Shown here in pieces: positions 7,746 through 17,466 of a stretch of 64,000 bases of DNA. The first letter of the stretch is position 1, and each line of letters begins with the position of its first letter. The translations under genes and the position numbers were made by a program. The notes under the pieces were generated by a model. It was given only the letters and a program-made list of their open reading frames with translations. It made no database searches and had not been told where the DNA came from. The stretch lies in IMG/VR virus record IMGVR_UViG_3300028025_004073. One strand, given 5' to 3'. The DNA comes from an uncultured virus (IMG/VR IMGVR_UViG_3300028025_004073). Taxonomy: Duplodnaviria > Heunggongvirae > Uroviricota > Caudoviricetes.

Positions 7746-8627
7746 ATGGACTACAAACACACAAATACCACCAAAAAGTACACCAATAAGTTTTGCAAGC
7801 CACTATTAGTTGAGTGGTTAATTGGGTTGTCGCTTTACTTTTCTGCAATAACACTCACGATTACTGGTTCAATGTCATTAGTACTTGGTTCAATAACTAT
7901 CTGTTTATCTTATTTTATCTTATTTAACTCAATGCATGCAGCAGCACACCGACATTTTTCTGGCGGTGTAAAAAAATACCTATGGGTAGATAAGACTATT
8001 GGGAAAACATCTGGAGTACTAACCCAAATACCATATAAACCATTTGCAGAAATACATCTTGCCCACCACAAAAATACTGGGACATTTGGTTCAGACCCAG
8101 ACTTCATACCATTCCCATCGTTTAGATTGATGAATCGGTATTACTTTTTGTCGTATCTAGTTCAAGTTGGTTCAATTATTCCAATTTTTAAAAACATCAT
8201 GATTAAGAGGCTTCCTAAGTTTGTTAGACAAAGGCTGGAATTCCGTAAGAATAAGACTATTGACAGACAGTTAGGAATAACCCTTCTTGTTGTTTTGGCT
8301 ACAGTGGTTACAGGCTATGGTGCTTACGGTTTATGGTTGATTTACTTTCCGTTTCTTTTGCAACGGTATGTTTTGATGGTGCTTTTTATGTGGTTACCAC
8401 ATGTGTCTGGAAGTTCGGACAGGTATAAAAACACCCGTAGTTTGATAACTCCATTGATAAATAGGGTTTCGTTTATTAAACTAGTGGACTTTCACACAGA
8501 ACACCACCTATACCCTTCGGTTCCGTCTTCATATCTGCGAAAACTGCATTTTGAAATACTTGATGAATTAGAAGAAAACAAGGTAGTTATTCTGGGAAGG
8601 TTCAATAGAAAGCCTTGGAAAAGATAA
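7746..8627 (+). CDS. membrane fatty-acid desaturase / carotenoid hydroxylase family protein
   Basis: Three His boxes HAAAH, HLAHH, HTEHH(LYPSVP) plus TM segments. Confidence 0.8.
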   Translation: MDYKHTNTTKKYTNKFCKPLLVEWLIGLSLYFSAITLTITGSMSLVLGSITICLSYFILFNSMHAAAHRHFSGGVKKYLWVDKTIGKTSGVLTQIPYKPFAEIHLAHHKNTGTFGSDPDFIPFPSFRLMNRYYFLSYLVQVGSIIPIFKNIMIKRLPKFVRQRLEFRKNKTIDRQLGITLLVVLATVVTGYGAYGLWLIYFPFLLQRYVLMVLFMWLPHVSGSSDRYKNTRSLITPLINRVSFIKLVDFHTEHHLYPSVPSSYLRKLHFEILDELEENKVVILGRFNRKPWKR

Positions 8628-8657
8628 AGACTTATTAAATAGTTCTATACTTGATCT

Positions 8658-9179
8658 ATGGCAGCACACGAAGGTATTAACTGGGATCAGTTTTACAACA
8701 GTTATGAGCAGGGGCATGCTCCGTATTTGGTAGGTACTGAGGCAGAGGCTGACATGGAGCAATGGTCGTACGGAACCACTAAGTGGCCTAAAACGTATCT
8801 ACGAGAGGTAAGAGATAGGCGTGGTGAGCCTTACCAAAGTATGCAACAGCATCTACGAGATGAGGTTAAACTCCCTGATCAGGTTCAGGTAACCCACAGA
8901 GGTGATGTGCCTAAAGGGGCAAAAGTACGCAGTGGTTCAATTTTTCCTGAATGGACAGGTAGTAACCCAGATAGTGAAGAGTTTGGCATTCACCACTACG
9001 GACAAAACAATCGTTTGCATATATACCTAGTACCCCGTGAGCACATCGTTGGGATTGGGCATGAAGGAGAGGGTGAAGTATTTTTTGACGAAGGAAGCCG
9101 AAAGAAGAAAGCACCTGCTCCAGGTCTTGGTGATAAGGGCAGAAGAAAAGTAAGAAGAAACTTAAAAGGACTTAAGTAG
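8658..9179 (+). CDS. putative ADP-ribosyltransferase (R-S-E-like) with MAAHEGINWDQF leader
   Basis: VTHRG...RSGS...EGEGEVFF; basic C-terminal tail; TATACT 8646-8651. Confidence 0.5.
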   Translation: MAAHEGINWDQFYNSYEQGHAPYLVGTEAEADMEQWSYGTTKWPKTYLREVRDRRGEPYQSMQQHLRDEVKLPDQVQVTHRGDVPKGAKVRSGSIFPEWTGSNPDSEEFGIHHYGQNNRLHIYLVPREHIVGIGHEGEGEVFFDEGSRKKKAPAPGLGDKGRRKVRRNLKGLK

Positions 9180-9616
9180 TGGGTAAACAGCACCTTCACG
9201 GAGAACAACTACAGATGTTTATGCCTGCTCATAAGTTGGTTGAGTACACATCAAGAGATGCTGTTGAAAACGCTTACCTTGATGATGACGATCACAATAT
9301 AGCAGAACATGGCCCATTTGCTGACACTTCGGCATACCAATCAAAATTAGATGATATTTATGACAAACATTATTATCACGATCAAGATTATGCAAATCCA
9401 AAATATCGTGACCTTGAGGAAGACCTTGACACAAACGGTATTCAATCTCCCATAACTTTAACTCATTTTAAAAAATATATCAATAGTATGGATAAAAGGG
9501 GAAAAGTTCACCCAAAACAAACAAAGACAATGATCACTGAAGGTCATCACCGACTTGTTCATGCGTACGAAAAAGATCCAGATATGGAACTACCTGTAGA
9601 GCACGAGATACGCTAA
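9179..9616 (+). CDS. ParB/Sulfiredoxin-like domain protein
   Basis: NGIQSPITL...ITEGHHRLVHA; N-terminal HLHGEQLQMF. Confidence 0.7.
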   Translation: MGKQHLHGEQLQMFMPAHKLVEYTSRDAVENAYLDDDDHNIAEHGPFADTSAYQSKLDDIYDKHYYHDQDYANPKYRDLEEDLDTNGIQSPITLTHFKKYINSMDKRGKVHPKQTKTMITEGHHRLVHAYEKDPDMELPVEHEIR

Positions 9617-9625
9617 CATTCAAGT

Positions 9626-9799
9626 ATGCCAACATATGCTTATAAATGTGAAAACGATCATCGGCACGAGGAAACCCGTAGTATTTACGATGAGCAGAAA
9701 ACAATCTTTTGTCCAGACTGCAACAAGAAATTACGCCCTGTTTATTTCTCCCCAGCCGTTAACTTGGTAGGAAGAGGCTTTTACTCCAATGGAGGATAA
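9626..9799 (+). CDS. FmdB-family zinc-ribbon protein (57 aa, not in ORF track)
   Basis: MPTYAYKCENDH...CPDC...PAVNLVGRGFYSN. Confidence 0.8.
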   Translation: MPTYAYKCENDHRHEETRSIYDEQKTIFCPDCNKKLRPVYFSPAVNLVGRGFYSNGG

Positions 9800-9944
9800 G
9801 AAGAGCCTTAGTTCTCAGTTTGACGAAGAATACGGGGAAGAAGGACATTACGAAGATTTGCACTTCCGAAAGAGCAATCGTAAGGATTCCCATGACCGTA
9901 AGGACAAAAAGAAGATAAAGAAGTTTTCTAAGTACGATTACTAA
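9789..9944 (+). CDS. 51-aa charged protein with KSLSSQF leader variant (not in ORF track)
   Basis: Hand translation MEDKKSLSSQFDEEYGEEGHYEDLHFRKSNRKDSHDRKDKKKIKKFSKYDY. Confidence 0.5.
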   Translation: MEDKKSLSSQFDEEYGEEGHYEDLHFRKSNRKDSHDRKDKKKIKKFSKYDY

Positions 9945-9958
9945 GGTACGATTGACTT

Positions 9959-10117
9959 ATGCTGATTACCTACACATTTCATACACCTACGATGCTTGAC
10001 GCAAAGCAACAGGCTGTTATACTCGCACACAACCAAGGATTCAGTTCTGTAGTTGTTTCCAACATAAAACAGCCTGAATACGGGGAATACCAAGTATCCG
10101 TAATCGTTTCAAAGTAA
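9959..10117 (+). CDS. 52-aa hypothetical protein (not in ORF track)
   Basis: Hand translation; TACGAT 6 nt upstream of ATG. Confidence 0.5.
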   Translation: MLITYTFHTPTMLDAKQQAVILAHNQGFSSVVVSNIKQPEYGEYQVSVIVSK

Positions 10118-10126
10118 GGAAAAAAC

Positions 10127-10372
10127 ATGGCAAAAGAAGAGATGGATTTTGACGCATGGTTGGCCTATGGGGTTGACCGCAAATGGGCAATGTACCCAGT
10201 CTGCTACATGCACGATGGTGTACCTTCCACTGAGGAAGAAGAGAATGAGATGGAAGAGGGCGGAGATCCTTGCATGCATGTCATTCGTGTCTTCAGCACA
10301 GAGGAAGAGTTTGACTCGGCATTGTCTCGCATGAACGACATTTTGCCGTACAGGTTGCCTCAAGACCTGTAG
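10127..10372 (+). CDS. small acidic hypothetical protein
   Basis: AAGGA RBS; C..H...C.H pattern. Confidence 0.6.
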   Translation: MAKEEMDFDAWLAYGVDRKWAMYPVCYMHDGVPSTEEEENEMEEGGDPCMHVIRVFSTEEEFDSALSRMNDILPYRLPQDL

Positions 10373-10384
10373 TAAACTATGTAA

Positions 10385-11098
10385 ATGGGCGCTCGTACAG
10401 TCAATTATGTTGCCACTCAAGGCATTCCTTTTAAGCGCATACTTGTAATTAAAAGTAAAAGCAAACATCGCTTGATGGTTCCAACTGCTGTCAAAGCACA
10501 GATTCAATCAACATCAACATCTAAGCGAAAACTTAATGCTGAAATCACAGGGTCTGGAGAAATCCTATTATCCCTTACTGGTGCTGAAACTTCTGAATTA
10601 CCTATTGGTGACTTAGAGTATGATGTTTTAGCCCAATTTAGCGGTACGTACTACAAAGTTAGTACTGGCGTTATTGCGGTAGAAGCCAACAACACTGTAA
10701 CCGATGGAAACGAGGCGCAATCAATGGAACTGCGTATGACCCAAAATCAGGATTTCCGTAAAACATTTACGTGGAAAGACAGTGCTGGAGCACTTCAGGT
10801 TGTCTCTAACGCATACCTTCAGGCAGTAGACGCTAACGATGTAAAGACTCTTGACTTGCGTTGGTACTCAACTGCCCCCAACGAAGCAACAATTATTGCC
10901 CTCACTGCTAACAGACGTGGTTACTTGGCCCCAAAGACTGGGACTACCTTAGAAATGCATATTTCGGATAAAAACCCTATTCCTTCAGGTAGGCATACCT
11001 TTGACCTGTTTGTTCAAGACAGCGCTGGAGATTGGGACAGAATTGCTTCAGGAACCATTGTTGTAGACGCTTCGGTGGCAACTAACCCGTATGCCTGA
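10385..11098 (+). CDS. virion structural/adaptor protein with two tandem beta-sandwich domains
   Basis: Two repeats ending in YD/FD...G.I.V; first gene of the fibre cluster. Confidence 0.6.
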   Translation: MGARTVNYVATQGIPFKRILVIKSKSKHRLMVPTAVKAQIQSTSTSKRKLNAEITGSGEILLSLTGAETSELPIGDLEYDVLAQFSGTYYKVSTGVIAVEANNTVTDGNEAQSMELRMTQNQDFRKTFTWKDSAGALQVVSNAYLQAVDANDVKTLDLRWYSTAPNEATIIALTANRRGYLAPKTGTTLEMHISDKNPIPSGRHTFDLFVQDSAGDWDRIASGTIVVDASVATNPYA

Positions 11099-11519
11099 TT
11101 ACACCCTTGTACTTAGTCCAGATGACAGCGTTGTCTATGTAGACGAATCTGCTCTTGGTAACTTAAGTGTAAACTCTTCAACCGTTGACATAATTGTCAG
11201 CGACCCTGGTGTTGCTGGTCCCCCAAATGTTCTAACTATCGGCACAGTTACTACTGGTGAAACTGCTTCTGCCAGCATTACAGGAATTTCACCAAACCAA
11301 GTTCTTAACCTTGTTTATCCCAAGGCATCACGCCACGTACATACTCAAGGAACAGCGTCAGCAACATGGACAATAAACCACTCTTTAGGTGGTTACCCGT
11401 CTGTTTCTGTTGTTGACAGTGCAAAAACGGTTGTATTCGGAGAAGTCACATATACAAGTACCTCACAAATTGTAGTAAACTTTTCATCAGCGTTCTCAGG
11501 CTATGCCTACCTCACGTAA
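11091..11519 (+). CDS. virion structural protein
   Basis: GVAGPP short collagen-like stretch; WTINHSLG..PSVSVVD domain; fibre-cluster context. Confidence 0.6.
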   Translation: MPDYTLVLSPDDSVVYVDESALGNLSVNSSTVDIIVSDPGVAGPPNVLTIGTVTTGETASASITGISPNQVLNLVYPKASRHVHTQGTASATWTINHSLGGYPSVSVVDSAKTVVFGEVTYTSTSQIVVNFSSAFSGYAYLT

Positions 11520-11528
11520 GGATTTTTA

Positions 11529-12833
11529 ATGGCTCAAAAATTTCTAACTAATATTGACCTTAATCAGAACCAACTGATTAATGCCACCTTTGAAAAACTA
11601 GGCACAGACCCATCATCAGGCAACTTTGAGGGTCGTCTTGTCTATAACACTACAACTGACACTATTAAGGTTTATACAGGTTCTGCGTTTGTTTCCCTTC
11701 CTCACACCATTGTTTCTGGTGGTGGGGCAGGTATTGCTGAAGCCCTTACTGTATCTGAGTCAAATGGCACAGTAACCCTAACCCTCAATGTTGCTGACAC
11801 CGATAGTGCTGGTCTATTGCCAGCCACAATGTGGAACATGCTCACAGATGCCACTTCAGATGCAACTGCTTCAAAACTTGTAAAACGTGATGGAAACGGT
11901 AACGCTAAGGTTGCCACCCCAACAGATGCCGCACATATTGCAACCAAAGGCTATGTAGACTCTGCCCGTCAAGGTCTTGATGTCAAGCAATCCGTAAGAG
12001 TTGCAACAACTGACCCAATCAACCTTGCTTCAGACCTCAATGCTGGAGACACGATTGACGGGGTAACACTTGTTGCTGGTGATCGTGTTCTCGTAAAGAA
12101 CCAAACCACTGCCCTTGAAAACGGTATTTACGTAGCAACAACATCAGGTGCAGCATCACGCTCATCTGATGCTAACGGTACAGCCGACACAGGTGAACTC
12201 AAGCCAGGTACTTTTACCTTCGTTGAAGAAGGTTCGGTCAACTCTGATAAGGGTTTTGTTGTATCAACCAATGGAACAATCACCATTGATTCAACAGCAA
12301 TTGCTTGGACACAGTTCTCTGGCGCTGGCTCGTTCACTTCAGGTGATGGTCTTTCAAAAGACGGAAACACCATCAATGTCAACGTCACAGCAAACCGTAC
12401 TGCAATTACGGCTGATGCGATTGACATTGCATCAACTTACGTTGGTCAGTCCTCAATCACCACGCTCGGTACAATCACCACAGGTGTTTGGAACGGTACT
12501 GATGTTGCCGTTGCAGACGGTGGTACTGGTGCAAGTGATGCGGCAACTGCTCGTACAAACCTTGGTATTAAAACCAGTGCTGGTGCAGTCACAACATCAA
12601 CCTCAACACTTGCTCGTATTGCCAAGCAGGGTTGTGCCGCAAGTAGCACAGGTGTATCAACCACCACAGTTACTCACAACTTTAATACAACAGATGTAAA
12701 CGTGCAGATTTACGAAGTATCAACTGGTGCTACGGTAATTGGAGATGTGACCCGTGCTAACGCAGATACTGTGTCAGTTGTTCTTTACGGAACTATCTCC
12801 GCTAACGATTACACCATCGTTGTAGTAGGTTAG
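11529..12833 (+). CDS. fibre-like virion protein
   Basis: ATKGYVD, VRVATT...GDRVLVKNQ...NGIY module, VADGGTGAS repeat. Confidence 0.7.
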   Translation: MAQKFLTNIDLNQNQLINATFEKLGTDPSSGNFEGRLVYNTTTDTIKVYTGSAFVSLPHTIVSGGGAGIAEALTVSESNGTVTLTLNVADTDSAGLLPATMWNMLTDATSDATASKLVKRDGNGNAKVATPTDAAHIATKGYVDSARQGLDVKQSVRVATTDPINLASDLNAGDTIDGVTLVAGDRVLVKNQTTALENGIYVATTSGAASRSSDANGTADTGELKPGTFTFVEEGSVNSDKGFVVSTNGTITIDSTAIAWTQFSGAGSFTSGDGLSKDGNTINVNVTANRTAITADAIDIASTYVGQSSITTLGTITTGVWNGTDVAVADGGTGASDAATARTNLGIKTSAGAVTTSTSTLARIAKQGCAASSTGVSTTTVTHNFNTTDVNVQIYEVSTGATVIGDVTRANADTVSVVLYGTISANDYTIVVVG

Positions 12834-12881
12834 TACCTAAATAGACTCTGAGGAGTCACAACATAGAAAGCGATTGAGGTC

Positions 12882-13391
12882 GTGGCACAGAAATTTACAG
12901 TACCTATCACTGTTAAGCAGTTATCATCTGCTGGTTCTGATGCTGTAACCGTTTATGTTGACCAAGACACATATTCTCGCTTAAAAATTGAAGCAGGTGG
13001 TCGTCTTGTTTGGGGTGACGGTTCTGCCGTTGGTGATGTAAACCTATACCGTGACTCTGCCAATGTTCTTAAGACAGATGACACTTTTAAAGCACCTGTT
13101 TTATTTGTAGACAGTATTGAAATAGACCCTACGGGTGCAACTACAAATCAAGTTCTTAAATTTGATGGAACTAAATTTGCCCCAGGGGTTGCCAGCACCG
13201 TTGGCTCCATTGATGATCTGTCAGATGTTATTATTACAACTGCTGCTAACGGGCAAGTTCTTGCATATAACGGTACAAACTGGGTAAACCAAGACAACAG
13301 TGGTGGTGGGTCAGGCTACATAGACGGTGGTCAGGCAAATACTATATTTGACACCACAAATATTGATGGAGGAAATGCTAATGGCATCTAG
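12882..13391 (+). CDS. fibre-associated virion protein
   Basis: QVLKFDGTKF / QVLAYNGTNWVN fibre repeats; C-terminal IDGG. Confidence 0.65.
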   Translation: MAQKFTVPITVKQLSSAGSDAVTVYVDQDTYSRLKIEAGGRLVWGDGSAVGDVNLYRDSANVLKTDDTFKAPVLFVDSIEIDPTGATTNQVLKFDGTKFAPGVASTVGSIDDLSDVIITTAANGQVLAYNGTNWVNQDNSGGGSGYIDGGQANTIFDTTNIDGGNANGI

Positions 13392-16300
13392 AATTCAAAT
13401 ACGCAGAGATACTGCGGCAAACTGGACTAGTGCTAACCCAGCACTCCTTGCTGGTGAACTTTGCTACGAAACAGACAGTGGCAGGATGAAAATTGGTACA
13501 GGCGCTAACTGGTCCAGCACTGACTACTTTGTTTACGAAGACACAAAACTTGCAGAATTACTTGACGTAACTATTACGGGAGCAGCCGCAGGTGATTTTC
13601 TCCGTTATAACAACTCCTCATCTGTTTGGTACAACGATGCCGTAAACCTTGCTACCGACACCATTGGTAACTATGTTGAGTCACTGGTTGCTGGTACTGG
13701 TCTGACCATTACAAACAATTCAGGTGAAGGTTCTACCCCAACACTCGCAATTGGGCAGGCCGTTGGTACTAGTGCGTCAGTTACTTTTGCACAAGTAACC
13801 CTAAACAATGAACCTTCTGCATCAAATCACGCTGTAACAAAACAATATGTTGACGCAGTATCAGCAGGAATTAACTGGCACTTATCTGCAAAGTTGGCAA
13901 CTGCAACAATTCTTCCATTTTTACCAGATTATGACAATGGTGCAAGCGGTGTTGGTGCAACCCTTACCGCTACTCAAAATGGTCGTCTTTCTATTGACGG
14001 AATAAACGCAACAACAAATGACCGTGTTTTGATTAAAAATCAAAGTAGTGCGCTACAAAACGGTATTTATTCTGTTACAGCGCAAGGCTCTGCAAGTGCT
14101 GTGTACGTACTTACACGTACAACAGACTTTGATGGTGCTACTAATGACGTTATTGTTCGTGGTGATGCCCTGTACATTGGGTCTGGTTCTGTAAACGGTA
14201 ACCAAGGTTTTATTGTTAACTCGGTAGGTACTTCTGGAGAAAACTTAGCCCACGTTGTTGGTACTGATGACATCACATTTACTCAATTTACTGGTACAGC
14301 AAACATCATTGCTGGAACAGGTGTTACAAAAACTGGTAATACTTTGTCAATTGGGCAAGACGTAGCAACTAGTGCTTCTGTTACCTTTGCTAGGGTTTAC
14401 GGAGAGTTTACAGGTAATGCTGATACAGCCACAACACTTGCTACACCAAGAAACATTCAGTTGACTGGTGCGGTAACTGGAACTGTTCCTTTTAATGGAA
14501 GTTCCAACGTAGAGATTCTTGCAACTATGAATTCAACATTGGATTCATTAACAGACGTATCTGCTTCTGCACCTGGTGAAAATACTTTCCTTAAGTGGGT
14601 ATCAACTGGTTGGGAACCTGACGTTATTAATCTAGGAACTGACACCACTGGTAACTACATGGTAGACCTAACCCAAGGAACTGGTGTAACAATCACACAC
14701 ACTCCAGGTGAAGGCTCCAATGCAACAATTGCTATCGGACAGGCAGTGGGAACTAGTTCATCAGTTACTTTTGCACATGTTTCTGCACCAGTCACTGGAG
14801 ATGTTACTGGTAATGTGACTGGAAGTTCTGGTTCTACTACTGGGAATGCGGCCACTGCAACTGCTCTACAGAATGCTCGCACCATCTCGCTTTCTGGCGA
14901 TGTTTCTGGTTCTGTATCGTTTGATGGAACCAGCAATGTATCAATCAGCGCAACAGTTCAACCAAACTCGGTTGCCCTCGGAACCGACACTACAGGAAAC
15001 TATGTAAACGATATAACTGCTGGAACTGGTGTTTCTGTTACGCATACACCTGGTGAGGGTTCAAGTCCAACAGTTGCAATTGGTCAAGCCGTTGGGACAA
15101 GCGCATCAGTCACATTTGCTGCCGTAACAGCACCGCTCATTGGTAATTCCTCTACGGCAACAACCCTTCAAACGGCTCGGACAATTGCTGGTCAATCATT
15201 TGATGGTTCTACAAATATTTCTATCGCTCCAACGGATTTAACTGGTGTTACTTCAACAGCCGCAGAACTAAACATTCTTGATGGTGCGACTCTTTCAACA
15301 ACAGAACTTAACTATGTTGACGGAGTAACCTCTGCCATTCAAACACAGATTGATTCTAAGGCCCCAAGCGCCTCGCCTACCTTTACTGGGGTTGTAACAC
15401 TCCCAGACAACACGGTTGCACTTGGGACAAAGACAACTGGCGACTATGTTGCATCACTTGTTGCTGGAACGGGTGTAACCCTTACCAATAACTCTGGGGA
15501 AACAGCAACTCCAACTGTAGCAATTGGACAAGAAGTTGGGACATCAGCATCAGTAACTTTTTCAAACATCACCGCAACTGGAACGGTAACACTTGCCGCA
15601 GACCCAGCATTAGCACTACAAGCAGCAACAAAACAGTATGTTGACAATGTTGTCTCTGGAGTAAACTTTCATGCATCAGTAGTTGCCGCAACAACTGGGA
15701 ACCTCGCTGGAACATACAACAACGGAACTGCTGGCGTTGGTGCAACTCTAACAAAAGCAACAAATGGCTCAATCGGTACTATTGATGGAGCCTCAGTTGT
15801 TGTTGGAAACAGAATTCTTGTTAAATCGCAGACTGACTCAAGACAAAATGGTATCTACACTATTACGGCAGTCGGTAGCGTAAGCGCTCCTTGGGTAGTC
15901 ACAAGAGCAACAGATGCTGACAATAACCCTTTAGGTGAAATGTTAACTGGAGACTTCTGCTTTGTTATGGGTGGAAATACCAATGCTGGGTATGGTTTTA
16001 TAAATAACAGCCCAACGAATCCAATTGTTATTGGGACTGACAACATCACATACACAGAGTTTAATGCCGCACAAACAATAACTGCTGGAACTGGTCTTGA
16101 CCTTACATCTAATGTAATGTCACTTAACGCAACACTTGACAACCTATCCAATGTCACTGCCCCATCACCAACTGATGGTCATTTCCTCAAGTATGTTTCT
16201 GCGTCAACAGCGTGGATTCCAGCAGCAATTCCAACAATTAATGCTCTTGATGATATTGGTAACGTATCTGCTTCAGCGCCTGTTGATAACAGTCCTCTTA

Positions 16301-17463
16301 CTTGGTCTACTTCTGCATCCGCATGGGTTGCAAACGGTAACTCCATAAAATTGGATAATGCTAATGGCTCTGCGGATGTTAGCCCTTCTGGATTTAGTTC
16401 CTTTGCAATCGCTGGTAGTCAGATTATAGATATAACAGCGAATTACATTAACATATCTACAACAGATACTGGAAGTGTGGATATAACACCTGATTACATA
16501 GAGAGTACCACTCCTGATAATGGTCCATTTTATCGGTTAGATGCTAACAATGTTACGTTTAGTAACGGTACTGACGAGTTTATAGTAGACCCATACTGGG
16601 GTACGAGTGGTCAAGTCTTAGCGTTTACCCCTGGTGGCGGTAGTGGTGGAACATGGGGACCAACAACTCCTACCCTTGACTTTTTATCCGATGTTTCTGC
16701 ATCAGCACCATCAGACGGAAACTTCCTTAAGTATGTTTCTGCTTCATCTGCGTGGGTTCCAGCATCAGTTCCGACTATCAATGCACTTGACGACATTGGT
16801 AATGTTTCTGCTTCAGCCCCTACTTCAGGTGATTTCCTTAAATGGAACGGCTCTGCTTGGGTTAACGCAAGTGGTGTTGTAACTACTAGTGATAGTGGGA
16901 CTGTCACAAGCACAATGATTGCCGATGCAACCATTGTCAATGGTGACATCAGCGCATCTGCTGGAATTGCACTCAGCAAATTGGCAACGAGTACTGCTGG
17001 AAACATCATTGTTTACAACTCATCTGGCGTACCAACGGCAGTTACTGAAACTGGAGATATAACTATCTCGGATACTGGCGTAACGGCAATCGCTTCTGGT
17101 GTGATTGTGAACGCTGACATCAGTGCATCTGCTGCAATTGAACTTGGTAAGTTGGCTGACGTTTCAACAAACGCCCAAACTGCTTCTTACACACTCGTGT
17201 TGGCTGACAAAAACAAGGTTGTAGAAATGGGGGTTGGCTCCGCAAACAACTTGACAGTACCCCTCAACTCTTCGGTAGCATTCCCAGTAGGGTCGCAAAT
17301 CAATATTCTTCAGACTGGCTCAGGTCAAACCACAATCGTGGCTACGGGTGGAGTGACCATCAACGCCACACCAGGACTCAAGATGCGAGCACAGTGGTCA
17401 TATGCTACGCTCATCAAACGAGCAACCGATACATGGGTATTGGTCGGAGACATTTCGGCATAA
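13381..17463 (+). CDS. large repeat-rich fibre protein with Mtd_N-like N-terminus
   Basis: RIQIRRDTAANWTSANP..LAGE; recurring LGTDTTGNY, IGQAVGTSASVTF and LDDIGNVSASAP repeats; C-terminal YTLVLAD domain; start at ATG 13381 after GGAGG. Confidence 0.8.
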   Translation: MASRIQIRRDTAANWTSANPALLAGELCYETDSGRMKIGTGANWSSTDYFVYEDTKLAELLDVTITGAAAGDFLRYNNSSSVWYNDAVNLATDTIGNYVESLVAGTGLTITNNSGEGSTPTLAIGQAVGTSASVTFAQVTLNNEPSASNHAVTKQYVDAVSAGINWHLSAKLATATILPFLPDYDNGASGVGATLTATQNGRLSIDGINATTNDRVLIKNQSSALQNGIYSVTAQGSASAVYVLTRTTDFDGATNDVIVRGDALYIGSGSVNGNQGFIVNSVGTSGENLAHVVGTDDITFTQFTGTANIIAGTGVTKTGNTLSIGQDVATSASVTFARVYGEFTGNADTATTLATPRNIQLTGAVTGTVPFNGSSNVEILATMNSTLDSLTDVSASAPGENTFLKWVSTGWEPDVINLGTDTTGNYMVDLTQGTGVTITHTPGEGSNATIAIGQAVGTSSSVTFAHVSAPVTGDVTGNVTGSSGSTTGNAATATALQNARTISLSGDVSGSVSFDGTSNVSISATVQPNSVALGTDTTGNYVNDITAGTGVSVTHTPGEGSSPTVAIGQAVGTSASVTFAAVTAPLIGNSSTATTLQTARTIAGQSFDGSTNISIAPTDLTGVTSTAAELNILDGATLSTTELNYVDGVTSAIQTQIDSKAPSASPTFTGVVTLPDNTVALGTKTTGDYVASLVAGTGVTLTNNSGETATPTVAIGQEVGTSASVTFSNITATGTVTLAADPALALQAATKQYVDNVVSGVNFHASVVAATTGNLAGTYNNGTAGVGATLTKATNGSIGTIDGASVVVGNRILVKSQTDSRQNGIYTITAVGSVSAPWVVTRATDADNNPLGEMLTGDFCFVMGGNTNAGYGFINNSPTNPIVIGTDNITYTEFNAAQTITAGTGLDLTSNVMSLNATLDNLSNVTAPSPTDGHFLKYVSASTAWIPAAIPTINALDDIGNVSASAPVDNSPLTWSTSASAWVANGNSIKLDNANGSADVSPSGFSSFAIAGSQIIDITANYINISTTDTGSVDITPDYIESTTPDNGPFYRLDANNVTFSNGTDEFIVDPYWGTSGQVLAFTPGGGSGGTWGPTTPTLDFLSDVSASAPSDGNFLKYVSASSAWVPASVPTINALDDIGNVSASAPTSGDFLKWNGSAWVNASGVVTTSDSGTVTSTMIADATIVNGDISASAGIALSKLATSTAGNIIVYNSSGVPTAVTETGDITISDTGVTAIASGVIVNADISASAAIELGKLADVSTNAQTASYTLVLADKNKVVEMGVGSANNLTVPLNSSVAFPVGSQINILQTGSGQTTIVATGGVTINATPGLKMRAQWSYATLIKRATDTWVLVGDISA

Positions 17464-17466
17464 TTT

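Noticed and set aside
4566..9616. ParABS partition system
   Set aside because: ParB-like ORFs have only the N-terminal GxHR domain, no HTH, and no ParA or parS was recognised
11702..17009. Long antisense and alternate-frame ORFs within fibre genes
   Set aside because: Shadow frames produced by codon bias of the sense genes
13381..17463. Diversity-generating retroelement suggested by the Mtd_N-like N-terminus
   Set aside because: No reverse transcriptase and no template/variable repeat pair differing at adenines seen in the window
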